Both the position numbers and the translations under genes were made by a program. DNA of 57,462 nt, counting the filler, from Sphacelaria rigidula (lineage: Eukaryota): NCBI GenBank assembly GCA_964200075.2. It is 7 parts of 7 records of this genome, joined end to end, with 100 filler letters (N's around TTAATTAATTAA, not from the genome) between each part and the next. Parts side by side here need not be neighbours in the genome. Positions count along the whole stretch, not along the records: positions 32,896 to 41,018 come from CAXNAA020012216.1; positions 41,119 to 49,240 come from CAXNAA020012217.1; positions 49,341 to 57,462 come from CAXNAA020012218.1; 4 more parts are not named here. One strand, given 5' to 3'. This document shows positions 39,816 to 52,472 of this stretch, piece by piece; the first letter of the stretch is position 1, and the number at the start of each line of letters is the position of its first letter. The notes under the pieces were generated by a model. That model was not told where the DNA came from, did not search any database, and saw nothing but the letters and a program-made list of their open reading frames with translations.

Positions 39816-41018
39816 CCTTGTGCGTGATTGCCGCCCTGCCTGAGGTCGCTGGTCTATTCGTGTGCTGTTTTCGTCATGACGTCACTCGTCTTTCCCTCTA
39901 CATTGGAACGGCGTGTGACTTCTCGTGAAAATGAATTTGTGAACCATCACCATACACCTGTATCACGAAATGATTATCACCTTCGTTGTTTCGTCAAAAT
40001 GCCGCCTTCTGATATATATCTTCTTGGGGTGCTGTTGTAGAGATGCACACCTCCTAGGTCACGCCAACTTAAATATCCATGTACAACTCCAAATTTTAGG
40101 CCATAGTAGTGTCCATTTTGACCCCGGTTCAGAATAGTGGCGGGAAAAAAAAGCGTGTGAAATTCTTGAAAAAAACAATTTTGAACGTCTCCCATAAGAG
40201 TTGGCCGGATGTATTGGCACCCAGATTTTTGGCCTACGGATTGTTCACTTTTGGGACGTTTGAGCCACTTTTTGACCCCCGAACAGGGAAAACCGGTAAC
40301 ACGTGTCTTGAACACTTTGCATCACCCCACAGAGAGGAGCCCAGCCAACTTTTCAGATTCGCTTGGTTCCAAGGTTTCGAAAGCGGTCGCTGAACAATAA
40401 TCCGTGTGCAATAAAATCCACGGCCATCTCCACAGATTATACAGTGCGGTGGATCTCATCGAGGTACGGACAGGGCAGCACTGTAGATGTAATAACAGGC
40501 ACAGGGCTGTTTCCCAAATGGTCAGAAAAAATAGTTGACACGAACAATGAGGTTCCAACTGTAGACGCCGGCATGATTGTTCAATCATGTCATTATGAAA
40601 AACTATGGTTGGTTCGGATCTTGTGATCGATGGCTGTTGGCAACTGGCCGATCAATGTGGAGGTACGACGGTACCACTACAGACAGAATACATCGCACCG
40701 CGGCAGGGTCCCTGCATTCGCTAGTGCGACTCTACCCATGTTGTTCTGCACGGTGTACGAGCTGGGCCAGTCAAGAGGTGGATTTGAAGTTTGCAGGTCC
40801 ATGCTCCGCCCAATATTTAGAGTTGGAGCGTTAAATTTGGTATAGACAATGAATAGGGCATGAAAAAAAAAGTACGTCGGTACCATTTCGTATTTTCTTT
40901 TTTCAGGAGTTGAGGGCATTTTACTGATACCTGAAAACCGATTATTGCCCTTACCTTATAACAGCCGATCCTAATCTTTCGGGTTGAAACATAAAATGAG
41001 GTTGAAGTCTCATCCCTC

Positions 41019-41118
41019 NNNNNNNNNNNNNNNNNNNNNNNNNNNNNNNNNNNNNNNNNNNNTTAATTAATTAANNNNNNNNNNNNNNNNNNNNNNNNNN
41101 NNNNNNNNNNNNNNNNNN
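41019..41118. other. Artificial contig spacer
   Basis: N44-TTAATTAATTAA-N44. Confidence 0.99.
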
Positions 41119-41238
41119 GCTGGCGATATCCCGAATGAATTTGCAAACGGGGATGCCCTGACCCATATTATCGTGCGTCTAGAATCGTTAGAAGCCCCTG
41201 AACCAGACAAAAATTCGCGAAAGAAGTGCACCCCTACC
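41119..41238 (-). mobile_element. Partial Sola-like MITE
   Basis: Reverse complement of ~52720-52840. Confidence 0.75.
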
Positions 41239-41399
41239 CCGCCTGGAACCGAGCGGTTGACACGATTCAGTTACTCTAACTGAACGTGTCAACGCTGGAT
41301 GCGTTATTTCTGCACGGCAATGTTGACTGTATGCAGAGCGTGTGCCGCCTCATTGGGTCAACCTCGACTCGTCCCCACGCATCCACGAGCGATTGTTAT

Positions 41400-41612
41400 T
41401 GTAATGCGTGAGTGGACCGTGTGCTTAGAGGACCGCATCGGAGTTTGAACATCCTTATTGGTAGGGTTCGGGTTCGGGTCAGGGTTAGTGTTGGGGTTAG
41501 GTTCAGGGGCGTGGTCCCTGCAAGGACTGGCCCGATTGGTTTTGAAAACATCGATCCTGAGGTGTTTCGAACGAGGATGTCCTCTGAGAAAGCGACCCCT
41601 TTATGCATTACA
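41400..41612 (+). mobile_element. TGT...ACA MITE with degenerate TTAGGG tract
   Basis: Ends TGTAATGC...GCATTACA; flanks GTTAT/GCTAT (5-bp TSD, 1 mismatch); copies at 42013-42173 and 57172-57372. Confidence 0.75.
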
Positions 41613-42199
41613 GCTATATCAATCGATTCCGCGCTTTATCCTCCTGGTCGTTTAGGCATGCGGGACGATCTTGAGAGTCAATAAAGTCGAGGTCTGACAA
41701 AAGGCCTCCCTGGGCCTCCGCGTGTGAGATTGGGGTGGAAAAAACGGTTCGTGAGCGCAACCCGCAGCGCTTTCCACACACGAGCACCGTGTAAGCCGGA
41801 AGAAATAGGTTTTGCTTTTGAAAAATCGCGTTCGAAGAGGCCTCGTACGGTCTTGCCAAGCACACTTACCGCAGTGTTGGCCTTGCGACGAAAATGTCTT
41901 TTGCTCCTACGCACGCCCTACTGTTGTTCGTTTGCACACGGAGTGGGTGATCGCCTCTGCGCCTGCCGTCGATTTCATAGCTATCGGATCTACGGCCGGT
42001 AAGAGGGTGTATTGTAATGCGCGAGAGGACCGCGTGCTTAGAGGACCGCATTGGAACTTAAACACCCCTATGGTCAGGGTTAGGGTCAAAAGCGTAATCC
42101 CTACAAATATTAACCCGATTGGTCTCGGAGAACGTCGATCCTGGTGTTTGAACTACGGCTCCCACGCATTACAGGACGACCAGTGTTGAAGGTATAATT

Positions 42200-44420
42200 G
42201 ACTACCACTGCGACTAGTAAGCCATTGTGGAATCAAGGCGAAGAAATAACTGGTTCGAAATACGCCATGAGTGACCCCCATTTTTCTGCGGAAGGCTTTT
42301 ACCAGACTTCTGGCGTCAATTCACATTACTTCTCTCCCTGTTTTTGAAGACCTCACAGACTCCACCGGTTTGTTTACACTGCTGTCCACAACCTATTGCT
42401 AGAAATCAAATGCAACAATGCTGTGCAGCACATCTCAAGTGTTCCGCAAATCTGACCTGGATGACCGAATATTCAGTCATGGGACTTTCAAGAATCTAAT
42501 AGGTGCCCTTCCTCTTGACAACCCTACGTCGAGCTGACTTTGAATACCACGGCATCCATCGAGGCTACGAAATTGGTTATTTCGATATGCCTCTCCTTTT
42601 TTCTGTAGCCATCGCCAATCATCATCAGCTCGATGATATTTGCAACTTCGGCAAATGTTCTCGACTTGGAAACATCAACAAATATACTATGTAGGCTGCC
42701 ATCTTATCTATTCTGAATGCCTGTCTCCACCTTTCGGTATATGTGGGTGCATCAGCCGGGGAAACACAGGAGAAAGACCAACACAGGAGTTTTTTTCTCT
42801 CACTTTTTGCTTGAGAACTCGACCGTCCTTCTGCGGTGCTTGGCGTTTTTTTCACGAGAGGGGTTTAGCGATCCTTTTCCCTCCTCGATCGTGGAGTCGA
42901 ATTTTGTGCACGACGACATTGTCGGTCTTCACTGTTGGGCACCGTGTGAGATAAACCCCAGATCGTGTGACTGCACCAAAATTCGAACCCATGACCTAAC
43001 CGCCAGAAGGTTTGGAGTTTTCCAACTGAGCCACCGGGGCGATCGGCTTCTATATATGTTGCGGGAGTTTCCCTTTCCACCTGGGTGAGAGTGTTGATGC
43101 TCGCCGTGGGTGCACTGAGCAACTACTCTCTCTTTCAGGCCAAATCCACCGAGACCCATGCATTATCGTACAGTAGGATCTGATCTTCATAAAGCCTTTT
43201 TGTTTGCCACGGGAGTCAGGTACCGTTGGCTTCTTCCGCTCTGGGTTTTGTGCCGGGTGGTCCAAAAATGACGGTCGAGATTTGCATCACGAGTGGCTTC
43301 TTCGAGTGTCCGAGCGCATGTCACCTGATCCAACGAGACGAACACAGTGTTCATTGGCGTTCCTCCCGCCGCCCCCCTCTGTGATGTTGTACTCCACCCG
43401 CTCCACATCTCACAAGCAGTTTGTACAGAACAAGGGTCGATCGCGCCGGCAATGCTTGAAGCGTCTTCAAGCTGAGACTGCGCCTAGCTTCGTGCAGGAT
43501 ATGGCGACCAACGCTCTCGAGGATGAGCTGAAGGTATGTCTATGCTCTGTGCTCTATGGTAAGGACCAACTTAGCAGTTGTCTTTTTGGTGTGACAGCTA
43601 CGCGAGATGGTCTGTTGAATACACTGGATTCCGTACCTCCCGTGCGTGTTGTACGCGAACCAGTTCTCTCGAGTACGTGACGTAGCGTCAGGACCTCGTA
43701 GCGTCGTAACCCTTTACAAACAGAGGCTATCATAGCCCGATTCAGAGAGGCGGGAAACCTGTATCAAACCACGCAGGCGATTACGACATCTTCAGCGGGG
43801 TCCGTATATGTGCCAATGCGTGCCGTAAACGCGAAGTAAGCGCCAACTGACGACGCTTCTTGAGGCTGGATTGAGGAAATATAGTCCGCCGCTCATGTCG
43901 AAACTGCGGGAAACTAGGAAGCGATATCTCATCTGAAAAGCAAGAAAGAGAGCATCTACACCTACTCCATGTTCAGGGGCACACCTTAATGTCGTTTCTA
44001 CTAAATCGACCCCTCCGATCGCCAAGAGTTGTCCGTCTATGCTGCCGGAACACTGGTTTTATCCACCAAGACTTATAACTACCGATCCAATCAAAAGCGA
44101 GACGATAGATGAAGAGAGGAACCACGGGACGGCCACAAATGGCTAAAATGTTCTCATCTGTCCGAATAAAATTGCCCCAACCAGCCCGAAACGATATATA
44201 TATCACCCCCGTGGACGACTGACTATTCTCTTACACATGGAAAAACCAAGGGACCAACTTCCGCATGAGACATTTCCAGATGAAGATGTTTCGTTTATAC
44301 TCGTACGTGCCATCCACTAGTTTCCGGCTCTTGATGAGGTCTTGGAAAATGTGTCGAGAACGTGCTGAGAATGTGTTGAAATAGCCGGAACAAGCGAGAG
44401 GGGCAACACTGGCCCGCAAA
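42200..44420 (-). pseudogene. Highly degraded Sola-like DDE transposase, interrupted by a SINE
   Basis: Ordered fragments ICGRPVV..F..L..IG...GDRRGRFSRN, LYFLNP, HLA*LSHQKDNC, KPTVP...IMHG and, after removing the SINE, GKLPQHIPKGGDRHSE*I, then MAAYIVYL; these recall Sola D.RG, KD.C and LP..L...DN...EN motifs; boundaries approximate. Confidence 0.45.
42745..43052 (-). mobile_element. tRNA-derived SINE
   Basis: Minus strand has A box TGGCTCAGTTGG and B box GGTTCGAATT; 7-bp TSD TATATGT at 42738-42744 and 43053-43059. Confidence 0.85.
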
Positions 44421-45174
44421 TTGGTTGAATTTCATGTGAATTGGTCGGAACCTGTCGGTTCAAGTGCTGAACCTTCATTCGGCAGTTCCGGAGCCGGGTT
44501 TGACCCGACTTTGCCCAAACGTATGTCTCCTCACACTACCTCGATAGCGTAGGTTTGATTTCTGGCTTATTTGTCTCCAGGAGCTCCCGGAGATACTCTG
44601 AATTTGCTATGTCGGGTGTAAAATGGTCGTTTTCCAATACAAGGAGGACTTCATTGCAACGGGTACGTCCGACTTGGCGTTTACATCGAATTGGTAGTCA
44701 GGCTGCATCTACTTTCTCAGTTGTAGAGAGAAGTCCCGCCGCGAGGCCCTGGCCTGGACGATCGCGGAACTGCTCCGGAAAACTAACAAAGCAGTGGGAA
44801 GCAAGCACGGCGCGACTAACGACTCTGCTTTGCCGCCCCTTCAAAAGTGAAGAGCAAGCTCCACCATAGCGGGTATGTTCAACTGTCCGTGCATACAACG
44901 AAATCGAACGAGAAACCTCCCCGAGAAGAGACTAACGGCCCGTGGCACACGAAAAGCTCAAGGATTAATTTTACAATCGTTCCTTACTCCGATCAGGAGC
45001 TGCAGAAGGAAGCGTAACCCCACTGATGATCGCAACCCCCCCTTCCCCCCCCCCTCCCCTCCCCGAAGAGGAGAAACTGGAAACTAAAAGCCAGAGAACT
45101 GAAAAGTGGAGCTGGGAACAAAACTGTTTCGACAGCAGTGCAGGGAAAAAACACCCGAACCCCTGAGCACAGGC

Positions 45175-45420
45175 CACAAGGGGTGGTAGTCTATCGGTAC
45201 AGTTGACCCCTTGAGGGTGGAAACAACGCCGGCTCGATTCCCAGTAGATGCGGTTGGGTCTTTTTCTCTCAAGTATCCGATTTTCCGCCGTCTAAAGCGT
45301 GAGAAGATGGGTGTGAGTACTGACGAGAGTTTGCTTCACATGTGTTGTTTGACGACGGTCGGGGCGGTGCGGGAATGGTGATTTTATCGCGAGACCAAGG
45401 TGTTGGGCGTGTACCGGGGA
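45175..45420 (+). mobile_element. Degenerate SINE-like element
   Basis: A-box-like TAGTCTATCGG and B-box-like GGCTCGATTCCC; body similar to 54590-54845. Confidence 0.5.
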
Positions 45421-46603
45421 GCCACGGACCCCTTCTTGTACCAGCGCTTGTTCGCCTCTGAGCCTTCGGCAGACGTGCCTTACTAAACTCCGCAGCCCAC
45501 CCTCTCAGCCATGTTTGGCTACTGTCCTAGTGGTCAACACCAACACGCGGAAGAAAGATGTGGACAGACGGGTTGATCTCTTGAGACCACACACTTATCC
45601 CGAGGAAGGCGGCGGGGGAAGGGGTGTACTCATGATCATGCATGCCATAATCATGAGTACACCCCTTTCTTCGCCGCCTTCGGCAGGGGAAGGGGGGAGG
45701 GTTGAACGTGCGACGAAACAACAGCATACGTAAGGAAGAATTCCCATCATGTAAAGGATGGCACATGCAAAGTGGAACAAAATCATTGAAAACGAAAAGT
45801 TCGGGTAAAACCGTTATGACGCATGGAAGTTCGGAACAACTGCGCCTGTCACTTTGAGAGGTGTACACGCCCCCTTGATCGAAGTATGCATATATTTGAC
45901 AAGCAAAGCACCGTGATTTTTGCTCTATTCTCGCTGCGATATGGTACAGATGTTGCGCGGTACTCGCCACAGTTTCGATGAATTACGTTACAGCACAGCG
46001 TGGTAGTCGTCATCTGCGGTGCTGTACCAAAGGAGAAGCGATACGCACGGGGAAATGCGACCTTCCGCGGTACAGCGGTAAGTGGGTGCTGGAGTTTGCA
46101 CGTTCGCGCGGTACCGAGGATATTGTCCACACACCGCGTTGAACCGCGTTCTTTTTCCTGCAGCGAACGCACTGAGAGCGGCCCCGAAAAAGGCAAAGAG
46201 CAAGAATGTGGGACCGTATACCCGTAGGACCCCCGACGACAAGCTGGCCCGTAAATCGTGCTAGAGTGACCACAGGGGAGATTGCTTCCGAGATTTGTGT
46301 CGGGTAGGAATGTATCCTGACCCCCGGGATTTGAGATCGAACGGCAACAGCGATGAGTCTTGGTAACAGGAAAGCGTGGGAAAATCGCTTTCATTCGAAC
46401 ACAAGATGTACAAAGGGTGACTAGCGTACATCAACATATCCACAGTCAGCTTGGGTGGATGGTCTTCGTGGTGCTGATTGGATCAATCACTGCAGGGACG
46501 TAGGCCATGCGCGGCACATCGCCATTCGACCTCGGCGAAAGTTCCGTTGTGGTAGTGGTTCTTTGCAAAGAACCACAGTCAGTAGTACAGTAGAATTATC
46601 ATC

Positions 46604-46740
46604 ACTCCCGGGTGGTCAGAGTGGTGAAGCAACGGTCGGTTTGGGCGGATGTCGTGGGTTCGATTCCCGGAAGGAAACACATTGTTTGCCCATGTTCTTC
46701 ACACAGAGTTTGAATTCCGGCATCGGAGAGTGGTACAGAC
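46604..46740 (+). mobile_element. tRNA-derived SINE head
   Basis: A box TGGTCAGAGTGG and B box GGTTCGATTCC; no convincing cloverleaf. Confidence 0.55.
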
Positions 46741-47787
46741 GTTAGTAATAGGCGGCAGTAAATGAGAGTCGACGCGCTGCGCGAGTGGTGGTGCAATGCA
46801 ATTTCGAGCAGTGGATTGTCAGGCAAGAAGTTATTCGGGGGGGGGGGGGGGGGGGGGGGGGGTGGGGGGGGGGTGATCCCTTGAGACGACGCACTCGTCC
46901 CGAGGGGTTGGAGAGGATGAAAACGAATTAGTACCCAAGGAAATAGCCATGAACATGTTGCGACGTGGTACAATCCAATATGTTCTCACTGAGGTGAGTT
47001 TGGATCAACAACCGTGGCGATTCGTGCGCGTGTCGTATGGTGGTACATTCGACGAATAGCGTTGGGTTTTGGTTTCTTTCAGCCTCCTGTCACCGTAATC
47101 AAAGGAGAATCGCCACAATTGTTGGCCATGGCTAGCAGTTTCATGCTGCCAATGGAATTGTCCTCATGACCACTTCCTCGAGTCATCGGCCTCAATGAGT
47201 TATGTGCTCCAGGTACGATGTGCTAGTTGTCGACTCCGGCGCACATGCTTGCTTGGTGGTATTCTTCAAACAACACCCGCTGTATGCTGCCAAAAGCATT
47301 GGCTAACGTCTCTGTTTGGACATACTCCTGTAGTCGACGACAATACAAGGAAAAAAAACGCAGATTTCAGACTTTGGTGATGTTTCCTTGAAGAAGACGG
47401 ACCATTTGTTTTTATTGAGAGGTGAATTCAAAACCCCGGGGAAGCTTGTCCGCCGCGGTGCGTACGGGACCGCCTGTTCGCTGTGCGTCTGAGAGAGCTT
47501 GTCCGCTTGTGTACGAACAACGATCTACGAGCAATGACCATGAGATACAGTAGCGTCACAGGAACATTGTTCAAGGGTCGCCACGGCTCCGACGCGTTGC
47601 TTCTGTTCAATTTGACCAACTGGGCTGCCCCCCGTCCCCTGGTCGCTGTCGCAATTTTGCCGTCGTGTTTGGTGTGTATGCACAGAAAACGCAGTACAAG
47701 GCGGCCGTGATCGAGATATCGGCGCTGACCATGTAAGCACATTTCGACACTTTTCGTGGTGGTCACAAGCGATCATTACTCGCTATC

Positions 47788-48217
47788 AACACGGGATTTT
47801 ACACATTGGGGACGGAGGTTTTGAGGGGGGATGAGAACCCGGAGAATCAAAATTTCGTATCCACACCAAATCTTCGAAACATGGTTCTATTTCTTCACTT
47901 GCTCTTAGCTATTGACAACTACTCCACGCCATATAAATTTGGATTTCGACAACCGAAATATTGGGGTCCTTGGTGGAACACCAATTTGGGGGTCCGATCG
48001 GATCACCTAGATTCCCCGAAATTGTTTTTTCACCTAGGACGCCAACATTTCTGTTCTCGAAATCCGAATTTTCATGGCATGCAGTAGTTGTCAATAGCTA
48101 CCAGCAAGTAAAGGGATGGAACCATATTCCGAAGATTTGTTGTGGATACAAAGATTTTAATTCTCCGGGTTCTCGTCCCCAATGAAAAATCCATCCCCAA
48201 CTTGTGAAATCCCGTGT
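47788..48217. mobile_element. Third copy of the AACACGGG foldback MITE
   Basis: Colinear with 10959-11404 and 12275-12702. Confidence 0.85.
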
Positions 48218-48660
48218 GTTTTGCGTTTTGCCTGCTAACCGGGAATGTGTTAAAGGCATCTTGTCTGGGATTTTGGCGTCCAAGCAGTGACTGATTGTTG
48301 GATCGATTGATAAACTGGTGCAGGATTCGACCCTCCTCTTTTGTCGCTTTCGTGCGCACAACGTAGACATGGTAGTGTGACGATAGGAAAGTGACGGCAA
48401 ACAAGGCAGGCAAGAACAGTTTGTACGTGATCAACGCTGAGGCGAAGATTTTGCAACGGCGATGACACTCGTTCCTGCTCCCCTAAGCTCGTGGCGCACG
48501 GCGATCTAAACGAGTCTGTCAAAATAAAATCCACGACTCTGCGGAGTTTTCTCACGGAATAACACCAAGTATTGTCCACTAATCGTGCAAATATCTGGTC
48601 GTGTGTTGTCCGGATAGCGACTAACACTTCAGTCGTCTTTGAGTGACCAAACGTGCGGTA

Positions 48661-48726
48661 ACTGCTGTCATTATTATTATTATTGCTGTCATTATTATTA
48701 TTGTTGTTATTATTATTATTTTTCTT

Positions 48727-48757
<31 letters not shown>

Positions 48758-48890
48758 TCATCATTATTATTATCAATATTGTTATTATCAATATTATTAT
48801 TATCAACTTATAATCATAATTTTTTATAGCAGTATCAGTATTAGTATTAGTATTAGTATTAGTATTAGTATTAGTATTAATATCATGATA
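48661..48890. repeat. Compound microsatellite (ATT)n/(TTC)n/(AGTATT)n
   Basis: Direct reading. Confidence 0.95.
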
Positions 48891-49240
48891 ATATTTTTTT
48901 TGGCCCGCCGTTTCCGTGGCCACACACATGAATCCAGGGTCCGGGGCTGCGACAATGTAGTCGCCATGGTCGCCGCCGATGACGGCAAGCCGGGGGCTCC
49001 TATATGGATGGAGCTATGTGTGGGCACGATGGCTGACATCATGTACGGCACAAAACCCAGAAAACACTCCACGGCTGATGTGCTCAGGTGATACATGAGA
49101 GGTACATGTACGGTAACGATTCGAAGGTTGGGTACCGGTAAGACCGAGTGCAAGTAGTATTTCATCGCGGAAAAAATGATGGGGGTACTCATCGGTTGCT
49201 TGCCTTAGTCGTTTGTCCATTGACCACGCATCCCTTTCGA

Positions 49241-49340
49241 NNNNNNNNNNNNNNNNNNNNNNNNNNNNNNNNNNNNNNNNNNNNTTAATTAATTAANNNN
49301 NNNNNNNNNNNNNNNNNNNNNNNNNNNNNNNNNNNNNNNN
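49241..49340. other. Artificial contig spacer
   Basis: N44-TTAATTAATTAA-N44. Confidence 0.99.
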
Positions 49341-49586
49341 ATCCTCCGGGTTCTCATCCTCAATGAAAAGCACCATCCTCAACATAGATGATTGGCTGTT
49401 TATAGCCAATAACCCAGTCTAGAGGGATTCCACGGTAGTAGGGGCGCACTTTTCACTTCACGTTGTAGTCCAAACGTTTTCTGAAGTTGCACACTAAGGC
49501 CCAGGTGTCTGTCATCCAGAGGCTCCGGCAGTGCGGAACCTCAAAACAAATTGTGGACCTCTAACAACGTAGAAGCACCCTTGATC

Positions 49587-49666
49587 TGTTCAGGAAGCGA
49601 ACAGTTTACCCATTGAACCAGTGAGCGCTCACTGGTTCAACGGGTAAATTGTTCGCTTCCTGAACA
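49587..49666. repeat. 80-bp spacerless palindrome (P1) centred on AGCGCT
   Basis: 40-bp arms with 2 mismatches; TGT...ACA ends. Confidence 0.95.
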
Positions 49667-50447
49667 AAGGATATGCTGTGTGGTCCGTCCTGCCGGCATG
49701 ACATACCAGATCGGTGATCTCCGCGGGGCCTCTTGCCCCTCGCGAGCCTCACTGTTCAGACGTATGTCTTGGTTGGTACGAGAGAGACGTCTGCCGGGTC
49801 CGCTCGAAGACCTCATCATAATGTGACAGAACGATGTTTGGTACTGAGGATCTAGATCTCAGGCGAACCGTACTTCCGCGACACATCAAGCACAATTGCG
49901 GGTATTGTGGTGACCGCCAATCCATCCCGCCGACCGAAAATAACCACGCTGGGGGTGCGTATCTTTGGCTCAGGGGTGAGTCACGGTGCGTGACGGATGT
50001 GCTTGACGGCGAGAAATATATTATTATCTTGTATGGTATACAAAACTCTGTCGATCGTACTGTATATTGACACCTTGACTACTATGACGGTATGAGTGCT
50101 GCTCTGGGTGGTATCAGGTGAGACAGATTAAGCGTAGTTACGGGTAGTGAGCATCAATTGATAACGGCGACGGAAAAGAACCACGCTGGCGGTGCGTATC
50201 TTTTGACTCAGAGGTGGGCTGGGGCGGTGCGTGACGCAAGTCCTCTTTGATGGCGAGACAGATACTACGGTCTTCTTGTGAATACAACTATGTCTACAAG
50301 TAAAGACAAAGATATAACGGTGGGGGAACACGTCATGACCTCTCACGGAACGGTAGTAGTAGTGCAGTCAGATGCAACACTGCTTCTACGCGGTAGGATA
50401 CGATTCGTTCACACCATTTTCCCAGAGGCTGGCAATAGTGAGGAGCC

Positions 50448-50862
50448 TGTTAAGAAACCGATTGACTGCTGAGCTAGTCAGCCAGCGCTGGCTGACTAGC
50501 TCAGCAGTCAATCGGTTTCTTAACAAGAGCTAAATTGTGTAGGTCCGTCACATGACCCCGGGCACTCACGCCCCAGGGTTGCTATCCCTGTAAACAACGC
50601 TGTTAAGTTAAACCGGTAGACTTCGACCGCACCCGGCGCTCAACATCGAAGTCAAGTTCTCTGACTTTCCTTTTCTTTCCACCGCGCCAACGCGACATCG
50701 AAAAATGATTTTACTTACACAGGGATTCGAACCCTAGAACCTAGCTTACCGGTTGACTGCTGTTCTAGTCAGCCAGCGCGGGCTGTTAAGCTCATCGTCA
50801 ATCTCATTGAATGCTGCGACGAGCTAAAAAAGCGAGCTCAGCAGTCAATCGATTTCTGAACA
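50448..50862. mobile_element. 415-bp TGT...ACA element opening with a perfect 78-bp palindrome (P2, 50448-50525)
   Basis: Distal TIR AGCTCAGCAGTCAATCGATTTCTGAACA; flanks GAGCC/GAGCT; minus-strand B box GGTTCGAATCCC at ~50722-50733. Confidence 0.75.
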
Positions 50863-50879
50863 GAGCTGTACCAAACACT

Positions 50880-51503
50880 GCTTTGTTTTTTCTGTTGATT
50901 TTGTCACAAGAAATTGATCAATAAGCACTGACAAGAACCGAAAAGTCTGGTGGGCTTAGCGGGGTTCGTATATCTGCTTCTGCTCCTTGCTCGCTCTGTC
51001 CCGATGACCTCAGATGTCGGAGGGCATTCTTTTTTTATTTGTCATCATTTTTCGGATATTTTTCTGTTAACTTTGTTGCAAGAAACTGACCAATAAACAC
51101 TGACAAGAACCGAAAAGTCTGGTGGGCTTAGCGGGGCTCGTATATCTGCTTCTGCTCCTTGCTCGCTCTGTCCCGATGACCTCAGATGCCGGAGGGCATT
51201 TTTTCGAAAATTGTCACGATTTTTCGGATTTGTTAACGTGAACTTTATTGCAAGAAACTGACCACTAAACACTGACAAAAACCGAAAAGTCTGGTGGGCT
51301 TTGCGAGATTAATACATTTGCTTCTGCTCCTCGCCCGCTTTGTCCCGATGGCCTCAGATGCCGAAGGGAATTTTTTCGAAAATTGTCATGATTTTTTGGA
51401 TATTTCTCTGTTAACTTTGTTGCAAGCAATTGATCAATAAACATTGGCGAAATCCGAAAAGCCTTGAGAGCTTCGCGTGGTTTGTGTATTTGCTTCTGCT
51501 CCT
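50880..51503. repeat. Tandem array of a 172-bp unit (~3.6 copies)
   Basis: Equivalent positions at 50927, 51099, 51271 and 51443; reverse copies at ~6690-6800 and ~56980-57395. Confidence 0.9.
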
Positions 51504-52472
51504 GAATATATATATATATATATATATATAAGGATCTCTACTGTCCACGGCAGCTGAACGCATCCGTCAAGGCTTCGGCAATAAACTAGGGAACACATGG
51601 CTGGGTGTCCCTCCTCTCCCCCCCCTTATCCCCCCCCCCCTCAAAAACTCAAATCTTCGATCTTGGGGCCAATGTGTCCAGATTTGTTTTTTCGCTGCCC
51701 CAGCCGTGGTCACATGAAGGACGTGCCCGAGACGAAACATAAAGTAAATACCCTACTATACCTTGACTACTGAGACGATGTGAGTACCCCGGGTTTCTCA
51801 GACACGTGGCACTGTGGCGTGCAGCAGCACCATACTACTTTTTTTCGCGGACAGACAGGCCGTGGTCTATGACGTCCGCGTGAGGCAAACATCCACATCG
51901 TCTATGACGCCGACCGTGGGAGAAGGGCATGTTCTATGTACAGTGTGTGTGTCGTGTTTGGGTACAAGACGGGTGACCCCGCTGCTTGATGCAAATCCCC
52001 AGAGGAGAGAGAAAGACATGCATGACTCAATTACAGGCTTTTATTGATTTTCTTGTATAGTACTTCGAACTACATGGTGAGTGTTATTACCCTGATAGTC
52101 TCTGACCCTTACGGAAAGCGCAACATGTCATCACGCGCCGATCGAGAGGAACGAATAAACGTGTCTTCGTGTGAAACGGGTGCCTGACGCCGTTTCAGCG
52201 GATTCGAGAACGACATATAAGGTAGTACCGTACAAGACGGACGCAGCATCTCCCGGTGTGATACAGCTCTCTTTATTCGTGTGCTGCATCGAGGCACGGA
52301 TACGTGATCGATCTCAACATTTTGCCGTGCTACAGACAAATGGACATGACTAGGCATGGGCAATATTTTACTGGAGAGGTATTTCAAACTCGACATTGCC
52401 GGTATATTTGACTGTAATTTACAGTCAAATATACCGGGAACCACGTGTTTGAGATAGCTCTATTGTGCGATC

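Noticed and set aside
46604-46680. Functional tRNA gene
   Set aside because: A and B boxes are present but there is no convincing cloverleaf; treated as a SINE head. The same applies to 42975-43045.
48639-49091. Tyr/Ser/Ile-rich ORFs
   Set aside because: Translation of microsatellites.
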